DNA of 64,000 nt from Auanema rhodensis. Lineage: Eukaryota > Animalia > Nematoda. Shown piece after piece: positions 54,115 to 64,000 of the stretch. Numbering within the stretch: the stretch's first letter is position 1; each line of letters opens with the position of its first letter. The DNA is taken from positions 15,996,001 to 16,060,000 of the forward strand of contig OZ059896.1 in NCBI GenBank assembly GCA_964057225.1, read 5' to 3'. The position numbers and the translations under genes were made by a program. The notes beneath the pieces are model-generated. The model did not search any database. It had not been told where the DNA came from and saw nothing but the letters and a program-made list of their open reading frames with translations.

Positions 54115-56803
54115 TCATTTTAACTTAGGATTAACATTTTCAATGGGAACTAATTGTTTACTATCACCTTGATATCTGTAGTCGAAAACTATTTCTTCAC
54201 CTACATGCAAATGACGTGACGCATAAATTCCAATTCTTTGATGGCCGTCAACTACCATCACCTTAATGAATTATACTTATTGTAATTAATTTTAATAAAA
54301 TTTGTACCTTTGCTTCACAATTTGGATTAGTTGCAGAATGATTAGCAAAACGGATGAGATTTCCGTATCTTCCAGCATCTATCGATTCATCTGCGTTCAA
54401 ATCTAAAAATCAGAATCGAGAAATCAAATTTGCATAGCAGTAAGAATATACCAAACACATAGCTGATAGAAACTCGATCATATATTCGACCTCTTCTTTC
54501 AGCTTCACTTTGAGTGATAATTTCGCCCGTATATTCAGAGATTAGATCTCCCTATATTTTTAAATTTTCAATTTCATAGAATATATTTTACCTTCATAGC
54601 AGTTCCTTTCATAAAACATCCCCAACCGGAGACCATTGAAATTCCAATCTAAAAAAAAATGTTTGTTTTCCAACTTAAACTATGAGCAGATATACTTCAA
54701 TATTTTTTTTCAATCCCAACTGAATCCCAATATTTCTACATAAAGGATAGTTATTATCTGATGAATAAGATAATGAAAAATTTGAAAAAAATATACAACA
54801 TACCTGACTCATCTTTCTGAATATTATTTACGTCACAATTACAAAACACGCAGACATCAGGATCACATTCCCAGTTGGCTATATAACAGTTGCAAGTCGA
54901 AACGTTGCATCGTCCTGGGCTACAAGCGCATCCAGGAAATCGTATTAGACAGCCCATATCACATCTAAAAAAACCTTTTTATATACTTCCCATAAACTAA
55001 ACAAACAAGCAAAATTTAGAACATGCTACTCCATTCTTATAACATTCACAATCATCAGAAGTTTCACATGAGCCTGTATGTTTGCAAGTTGTTATTTTAC
55101 AAGTATATTCCACCTCAAAATGTCTTAAAAAGTAAAAAAAAAAAAAAAAAAAATTACATTTGATACAAGTTTACTGAAGGTTCGATAACGGTCTCTCAAG
55201 TATTGTTGACTAAAATAGCAATATTTAAAAGAATATGTATAACCTATATAATAACTGTTTTATCTTAAAAACCGCCTTCTTTACTTCCTACAAAGTTGTA
55301 TCGTAAATTTCAAAGTTTTACTACGAGACTAACCTGCTCTTTTTTTCGAAAAGGCTGAGAAATTGAATACCACTGCAAAAAAAAATATTGGTACGTTTAA
55401 ACATGTATAGATAAAGGATACCTCAGCACAAGTTCTTACTGGCTGATCCAATTCAGATAACATTATATTCATTATTTTTGCTACATTACAAAACTTATGA
55501 CGATCAGAACTAAGTAATATTTTGAAAGTATTTAGTAACGATTGTGGTTCAACATTAAATGAAGCTTCCTAAACAGGTAGTACCATGCTAAAATCATTTT
55601 AACAACTAACCACAACCGAAATTTGATAACATGATTCGCAGCAAATGTGTTTACTCAGAATACCGGGTGTTACTGTAGTTTCGATATCATGCATGGTGGG
55701 AAGTTCATCTTTTATATGCAGAACACAATCATATTGTAGGCACTTCACACAGAAAATAGTTTGTGCAACATCCAAACTTGCAGGATCTACGTCAAGTTTA
55801 TATTTTTCAAATCTTTCTCTCAAAGTTAAAAACCTGTAATAAATGTTTTAATTTCTTAAAAGTTCGTTTTCAAAATAGCACTTACAAGCCTTCCTTGAAA
55901 TTAGTCAAAGTATATTTATTAGGAAATTGCTTAAAAATTGCTACGTACACATAGAGTTTATCTAAAAATATTTTCCAGTTTTACGCATTACTAAATACAA
56001 CTGAACCATCACTCCAGAGTACATCCATACGCTTCAGAAGCAGATACATCATGTAATCGTTGATATATTTTCCGCAACCATGGTCTGCTCCATGAATGCC
56101 CTGATAAATTCAATTTTCTAATCTTACTGGAATTACCCGGAATCTAACTTCGCTGTACAATTCACGTAAGTCTGTCACAAACTCTCTGTCATCAAGATCG
56201 TCTGTGATGTGGGGAATATGAGAAAGTCGAAGGTTGTCAGGAACCTCAAGGTTTCTCTCAGTATGAACCCAATACCTCATGCGAGGAAGGCTTCTGGATG
56301 ATCTAATAATAATTTTTGGACAAGACATTATCTCCACGTCACCATTCCTGGAGATTTTCTCAGCCTATAAATAAAACTGAAATAGAAACTAACTTTATAC
56401 TTACAGATACAAACATATTGTCTTTATTAAATCTTCTAATGAACGGAAGCTTTGTCTCTCGAAGATGAGAGCCACCATAAAGTTTATATGTCTTACAAGA
56501 TACACCATATTCTCTTAAACACGATTCAAATTGCTTCTGAAATGTGTACAATACGGAATTTTCAATGAATGAGGTAATACACCAGCAATTCGACGAATGG
56601 TATTTTCGTATTTCATTTCAATTTTCTCGAATTCCTCCTCAACAATTTCATCTGCTCTTGCCTCCATTTCACGATCATAATCGGAAGTGTCCAAAAGATC
56701 TGACTAGATCAGAAGATGAGAATATCGGAAGTTATTTAAAAATTACCCAGACATCTGAAATTGGAGGTGGTGTCCAAGAGTCATCCCTTCTATATTGACT
56801 CAT
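54115..56803 (-). CDS. mes-2: Enhancer-of-zeste H3K27 methyltransferase, mes-2/EZH2 paralogue B
   Basis: RMRYWVHTERN, LSHIPH, CXC (FPGCACSPGRC...WECDPDVC), [42 protein letters not shown]. Confidence 0.92.
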
Positions 56804-57352
56804 TCTAGCTAAAAAACAAATATAATACAAAACATTTTTATAAAATTAAATTATATGAATTGGAAAGAAATTTGAAATTATCGATTAGGTATAAGCGGAA
56901 TAAATTTAAATTATACGTGAAAGCGGCACATCGTCATTTGAATTTCTCAATCGTCTCTATTATATGGTCAGTTACAGTATTATCTGCATATAGCCATAAA
57001 CATTGTTTATATCTCTTTTGTAAGAAAAGTAATATGAAAAAACGATTCGAAAAAACATTTATTTGCAGAATCATCCTGAGGGAAAGAAAACAAAGACAAT
57101 CATAGGGTGCTTGAAATATTATTTAAAAAAAAACAATAATTATATAATTAATAATAATATGCTTCACAGATATCTGTTTTAGTGCGTATTCAACAACATG
57201 CAAAATTTAAATTGTGGTACCTATGAACTTTGAAATTAAAACACAAAAAAAAACTATAGAAGTATTTGGAATAATTCACCACTGTTACCGGAGGGACCCT
57301 TTTGTTTTTAAAAATCTGTTTTGGTTTATCCAGTTCAGTCAAAAAGTCAAAT

Positions 57353-60300
57353 TTAATGCTTCTGCACGTAGTTTCCAGGGAAAGTTCCAAATTTTCCATT
57401 TCGTAGTAATGTTCCTGTAATCAAAAATTAGTATATATACATCGTTTTGTTATTATCATCTTACCAATGTACCAGCCATCGTCACATTTTTCGACAACGA
57501 AGATAATATCATCGACTTCAAGTTCAAGCTCGTCATCTTTTTGTGGCTTATAGGCAAAAAGAGCACGATAGCTAAATTACAAAAATTAAGAAAACCATGT
57601 TCTTCGGGACATACGTTTCACTTCCTCGTGGAATCAAATTGGCTAACCCTGTGAAGTTAAGCTGGGGCTTTTGGTGGAAAGTATTTGCTTGTTGCTGAAC
57701 TTGTTCAGGCTCATGTTTCCATTCATTATGAGATTTATAATGTGGCCTACAACAAAATTAATTATAATATATTGAACATTTCAAATTTGTGTACTTCTCT
57801 TCGAAGCTATGAGGGTCTCCTTCTAATAGAGACTTGGCTAACTTTTCAAAATGAACATTGTTAGCGGCTGGAGAAGTTTTGAAATCTCTCGGAATGTCTT
57901 TAACTTCCTTCGCGACGTCAATTGGAACTTCTCGTTGAATTTCTCGCTGAGCATCTCGATGTATTTCTCGTTGAACCTCTCGTTCAACTTGTTGATATGC
58001 ATCAAGATTAGCTTCTCGTGGAATTTGTCGTGGAATTTCTCGTGGAACTTCTCTTGGAACTTCTCGTTCAGCCTGTCGATAAGTATCATGTTGGGGTTCT
58101 CGTGGAACTTCTCGTTCATCATGTCGGAGGGCATCGCGATTAACTTCTCTTGGAGGACTAAAAAATATGATTCATTATAAAACCAAGCATGAAACACATA
58201 CCTTTCATATTCTATTTCAAATGTGGGTATGGCACCAATTTTAGGTGTTTTTGGTCGATCAGGAATAACAGCTGGTGGTTCCTAGAACATGATGTTTTTA
58301 AATTTTAATAGGTTTGTTGGGCATACTTGAACATCATCAATTGGTCGTACATAAGATTTGGGGAAAATTCCAATTTCTCCAATATGGTTCGAGCCTTCGG
58401 CCCAATTCGAATCAATATCTCTACGATAAATTATGATTTCTCCCTGGAAAATGAATGATTATTTTATATAATTAAATAAATATAAATGAATTATCTTCAT
58501 AAAATATAAAACATACTATTTTCAAACTCATTTCATTGCTATTTCTAGCTGTAAAAGGATATACTGCTCTCATTTTGTTTTTCGATTTATTCTGAACATC
58601 TTGCTCAATCTACAACAAAAAATGTAAAAAAAACTCTTATTATACTAACTAAAACCTGAACGTAACTGGTGGGGAAGATTCCAACTTTGCCATTACGTTC
58701 ACCTTCCATCCAGTTGGCATCAACCTCTCTATTTATTCTAACGATATCACCTTTATTCAAAGACAACTCTCTGAATATTTGAAAAATTTTGGTATGATAA
58801 TAGATTAAGAGATTAAGATTACCTAGGTGATTTTGCAACAAATTTATACAAAGCTGTAGCAGTTTGGATACAAACACCAGGCGGTCTATTAGGATCAAGT
58901 ATAGTATCTCCGTTACTGTAATTGTTAATAAGACCTTCAAAACGATCGAAATTCTTCTGAAGAGCAGGTGAAGCAGATGGTCTGAAATAACAAGTAACAA
59001 TCAGATATCATTCGTAAAACAAAAGTTTACATAAAGCCATGACGTCGTTGTCGTTCCTGTTCCAATTCCTCCGTTAACCGTTCTGCTTTCTGACGATACA
59101 TCATCTCTTCTTTTGATATTCTTTTAAGCTCAGCTATCTCGTTAGCTAAAGAGGTTGAAGATGGCTTTTCTTTGTCTAAAGAAAAATTTAATTATTATAT
59201 GATCAGAAGAATTTCATTTAAGAAAAAGTTTGTTTCTCTTAATATTATGATATAATCTAGACACATAGTTACATACATAAACACACAACAAGCTGTTAGA
59301 TAATATTAAAACATACGTTTATAGTTAATCATTGGAGAACTATTTGATCTTTTCCAAGAAATATCAAGTTGTTCTATAAACTCTTCAAGTTCTTTAGCAG
59401 TCGTATCAAGTCGATCAGTTATACACCTTGTTGCTAAATACAAACAGTTGCAGTTAGATAAAACTATCATGCTTATTATTGAAATTATAGTTAATTAAAT
59501 TTAAAAAAATACGTAAATAAAGGGAAAACAACCGTATTATTGCATTTAAAAAATAAATCAGTCAAGTCAAAATACGTGTCACACGTCAAAAGTTTATGTT
59601 AATTATGTTAATTTAATTTTTAATTATTGTCAATCAATTATGCATGTTGTTAAGCAGATTAATATAGAAAACAAACCAATATTGGATAAGATTCGTTTAT
59701 TCTTCCGTTCACGACACATTTCCTTCTCGCCTAATGTTTTGTAAAGATAGTCTATCTCGTTCCAGCTGAGCTCTTTACGTGGCTGACCACATCGTAAGCA
59801 TTTTGCTCCACCACAAACGCATGCACGTGAATCCTCATGTCGAAATTTGTAAGTTGGAAGATGAAAATGAGGTGTTTTTGCTCGTTCTAAGGCTGAGCGG
59901 TTAGCCGCCAAAGTTGACGTTGAAGCTGAATGCGTTGTTAGTATGAGGTTAAGAGCATACATGACATTTTAGTTTTATTAGATAGGATTATTTGATTATA
60001 ATATATAAAATCAGTTAATAATAGATAATTTTGAATAAAAATACAATTTTTGAATTATTATTTAAATTTTTGTCTTTACTTCAATAGATGAGACAAGCAA
60101 ATTTCGTCATTGAGTATGGCCATTAAGAATGTTTTACATTTTCTGCATGAATAAGATGTTGTAGATGTCTTCTAATAGCTAATTTGAAATGTTTTAGTCG
60201 ATTTCTGATGATGACTACTAAACTCTTGATAGCAAGAGAGGAAAAATAGCAAAAGGAAAAACTTCCTTTTTATATATTTTGAAGTTTTGAGATGTAAAGC

Positions 60301-63300
60301 GACATTTGAGACTGAATAACTCAAAAAATAAGCAAAAATATGCAGAAAAGACGGAGAGTTACTTAAATCGGGAAACTTTAATGCCTAAAGAGCTTTATTC
60401 CTCTTCAATCTATCATCTTTTTTTAAACGTAAAGACTTTCGATGAGGAAAAACGATTGAAAATGTGGAATAAGGTTAGACTAATAGTGCTTTAAGGCTAT
60501 TGGTCAATAGAGAAACGATGAAACAGCTACTTCGCGTTTTCACTTGTTCGAACAAAATAATTGGTAATTAATAGAATATTTAATTCATTAGTTTCATTAA
60601 TATAATATAAAGAATAAATATATAAAATATTTTAAAAATAGGATCAAAATCTTACCGGAAGGCTCAACTACACGACCAACAGATTTAGCTCGTCGTGGGG
60701 TTATTTCACACTCAAAACGAGAAGGTGGACGTGAAACAAAAGACGTTGGAGTAATTGGACCTGTAAAAATGTCCATATTTTTTCAAATTGTCTTGTTTGT
60801 GAATGTATTTAGAGAACATAAATGAATTTGAAATAAACAGTTTGTAAAAAAAAAGTAAACTTACGGCTTATATTGCTTGATGTGGGAGCCTGCTCACGCA
60901 GCTGGTACCTCAAGACAGATTCTGAAAAAATTGGTTTGAATGAGAGGGTCTCTGTGTATGTCTATGTGTGTGTGTGTGTGAGTGTGTGCGTATGTTTGAA
61001 GACTAAAATTGTGATGATGGGTAAAAAAGGGAAGAAAGGAGAGAAATATCCACTCATTATAGCGGCAATATAAGAGGGCTGACTAGCCATGAATATGCTT
61101 TCTGCACAATTATAAAATATAATATAATAAAAGATTGGGAGAAATATAAGATAAATCAATGCAAGTTTAGGTTAAACTTATGCAATCATGATAAAGAATA
61201 ATCAGATGGGCCGATGATATAGAAAGATTTTTAATCGTACGAATACAAAGTCAATGATGAAAAGCTGTCTAGAAGCGTAGTTAAGGGGAAGGGGAGGCAG
61301 ATCGGAAGCATTGGAGAGTCGACATACCATGTTGACATTTGGAAAAAGAAACAACAGAACGAGAGGCGAGAAAACTACATGCACACTGACAAAATCTGCG
61401 AAAAATAACAAAAAAAAACGGAAAAATTATTCATATTCATACGAAAGAAAAAGGACTATTTTTGAAATTTTGCTTAAAATATTCTGAAGATATGGAAAGA
61501 AAAATACTTTTCAAATCAATAATAGCTCGTTAGTACAAGAAACATATGAGAAAAGATTTTATGGAAAGAAATGGAAAATAAAGGCAAAAGCTGAGTGTGA
61601 GCAAGAGAAATAGCAAGTCAAATGTAACCAGAGACTAATGGGATAAACGAAATTATAAAAAAAAAGAAATACGATTTCGACCACATGCTGATGAGAGCAG
61701 GGTGATCATGTGAGGATAACCATCCTCGGTCACGGTATGGGGGAGGAGGAAATTCACTACAAAACTTGAATAAGTTGGAAAGCAAATGATTTTTAACATG
61801 ATTATTATGCGAAGAAATCAGTGATTTTTGCTTAAAATCTCGTATTCATAGATGAGATGGCTTCAAAATCAACAATGAAATGAAGGGAAATGAGAAAAGA
61901 GAAAAGAAGAGAAATTGAGAAGAGGAACAAGATGGCGAATGACGAGGAAGACTATCTAAAGGAAGAGGGAATAAAGGAGAGAGCGCTGGACAAGAACAAG
62001 GAGAGCAGATGAGAGAATATCGAAATAGAGAGTAAAACGGAGAGTGGAGAGAACTAGACGATCGAGAAGGGACAGCAAGTTGGTAAAGAGGACCTGAGCG
62101 TTTCGTTTGTTGTCTTTAGCAAGCTGGACTCTCTAAGCCTCACAGGAGACTTTCTATTCTGGACTGTTTCATGAGACTTTCATAATATTTCTATTGAATA
62201 TAGAGAATATGCTGTGTTAATACAGGACTCAATGATGAATATAGTTTTCGGAAATCCTTAAAAGGGATCAAGAATACAGTGCGACTACATATTACGAAGA
62301 GAACGATGAAGAAAACAAGTGAATGGACAAAAGGAGGTAAAAGGCCACGGGAAACTAATACTTCATACGTACCATTTTGATCGTCTAAACGATGCATCTT
62401 CTTAAACATATTACGATACCAGGACGACATCTCAGCCATCTGTTCTGTATCGTCTTCCGCAATTCGTTGTTGTCTTAGAAGTATTTCATCTTCGGTTGGA
62501 GGCTTGTGTTCCGTTGAATGTTCACCAGATACGAGTTGTTCGTCGGGAGATAATGCAGATGCTGATCCTGCTGCTTGTGCTACCGGTGCTGCTGCTGCTG
62601 GATGTGAATGTGGATGAGATGAAGGCGTAACTGTTGCTGGATTCACAGCCGAACTATACGGGGCGGTGCCGTGATGTTCAGTTGAGTACGACATCAAGCT
62701 ATCCGGCCTGCAAATAGCAAATTCATGCGCGAGCTATGAGAGATAAATCGGTATTGAAATTAGAGAAACGGATCGATGTATATGAGAAGAAGCTTTTTAT
62801 TTTGATTAATTTAGTAGATAGGACTTCTTTTAAAGATTATATATAGTTTGAATGAAAGTGACTTGAAGCCGAATGAGAAGAAGAAGAGCTGAAGAAAGTC
62901 TGTCGAGGGATGTCAATTGCGTTGTATAGACAAATACAACGCGCACCTCTCTCAGGCTTTTCCTTCTCGTGGCTATGTTGTTATCGAAGCAAATGAATAA
63001 TTCATTCTACCAAATAGAGTCACATTTACCTGCGAGAATCTGATGACATGACGCTGAATGTACCATCCTCACGTTGTGTGGAATGCATAGAGCTGGAATC
63101 GAATGATGTATCCTGCAAAGAAAATGCATTAACTTATGAACATATGATTGAAGAAAATTGAATAACCTTAAATGAGGGTGTTTCCGCAAAACCACTGTCG
63201 TTCGTAAAAGTGTATGATTTTTGAGCTGGAGGAGACGCAACATCAGAAGATGGTGTTGAGAGCAATGGCGTAACAGGAGAGTATTGTGAGCGTCTACAAC

Positions 63301-64000
63301 CTATTTATTAGATTAAAGTGGATTTCAGTTATGTCTGACCGTAATGTGGCATAGTGATCACCACTGTTTGAAGAGTAAGATCCGAAAGGAGCTGGGGATC
63401 TAGACTTTAGAAGCTCAGACATTTCTAAATCCATACTTTGCCGACGAGGCTTATTCTGAGCATTTTGTCTTGGCGAACATTTAGGATCTTCAGGTGGACT
63501 ATCAGGAGATATATGCTCATCTTTCTGAATATAAAACATGTTTCCAAGTAAATGGCTGTGCAGAACCAACATGAATATACGAAACTTGGGATGTAGTAAC
63601 ATCATCATCATCAAAGAACGTCATACAAGAAGTGGACATAGGTGCCTGTGAATGATGATCTCCTGAAGGAGGCTTATGCTCAATTCTCGGATCATTAATT
63701 GAAGATGAGCATTCAATATCAGGAAATGATTTCGTATAATTGTGATTATCAGTATAAGTATTAGAATAAGTATCTGAAAACAGAGTTCAAGTATCGATAT
63801 ATAGAGGTTAAGCTCCTTACTTTGAGGTGGAATCTCATTGACTTGAAGTTCAGACGATGGTTCATATAAGCTATGATAATAATCTGAAGCTGTTTGATTA
63901 CCTTTCTGAGTATTTTGCTCATTAGCTTTAGCTTGAGGAGCTAAAACAATCTAGCATTTGAGATAATAACAGTTAGTAATACCTGGATCATCATCAATGG
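57353..64000 (-). CDS. sorb-1: SORBS/CAP/vinexin family adaptor (SoHo plus three SH3 domains), 5' part outside the window
   Basis: SoHo-like WYRNMFKKMHRL; SH3 domains RELSLNKGD..WMEG..GIFPTSYV, WAEG..GIFPKSYV and YKPQKDDELEL..GTFPGNYVQKH*. Confidence 0.9.
57900..58156 (-). repeat. Coding 12-bp minisatellite, R-E-(V/I)-(P/Q) units, in a sorb-1 exon
   Basis: CGAGAAGTTCCA-like units translate as REVPREVPREIPRQIPRE...REVQREIH..REIQREVP. Confidence 0.8.
60965..60989. repeat. Imperfect (TG)n microsatellite in a sorb-1 intron
   Basis: GTGTGTGTGTGTGTGAGTGTGTGC. Confidence 0.8.

Noticed and set aside
57900-58156. Regular repeats as a CRISPR-like array
   Set aside because: Eukaryotic context with no unique spacers; it is a coding minisatellite.
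61685-61755. CTGATGAG with nearby hairpins as a hammerhead ribozyme
   Set aside because: No stem II closed by GAAA at the required distance and no cleavage triplet geometry.

Overview
AT-rich, gene-dense eukaryotic DNA with many 40-55 bp introns and TTTCAG/TTTTAG acceptors, consistent with a rhabditid-type nematode (species not identifiable from this window). Host genes: an EGF-like membrane protein, two SDRs, UFL1, COG2, a BOD1/Shg1-domain protein, iPLA2-gamma/PNPLA8, a CCDC66-like protein, SUCLG2, a hexokinase, a two-domain saposin, two CYP33-like P450s interleaved with two mes-2/EZH2 paralogues, and the 3' part of a SORBS/sorb-1 gene. The standout is a 5.3-kb internally deleted Maverick/Polinton (about 8861-14173). 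It has ~235-bp TIRs, an ACTACT terminus, an adenain-like protease and a decayed protein-primed PolB. It also carries an intron-containing, GC-richer trypsin-like serine protease cargo (GDSGSG, wosp-like) that the ORF track misses. Instead of a short TSD, the element sits between two copies of a ~2.1-kb host segment, arranged so that both neighbouring genes (SDR and UFL1) keep one intact copy. Exon boundaries and alignments were read by eye; no database searches were run.
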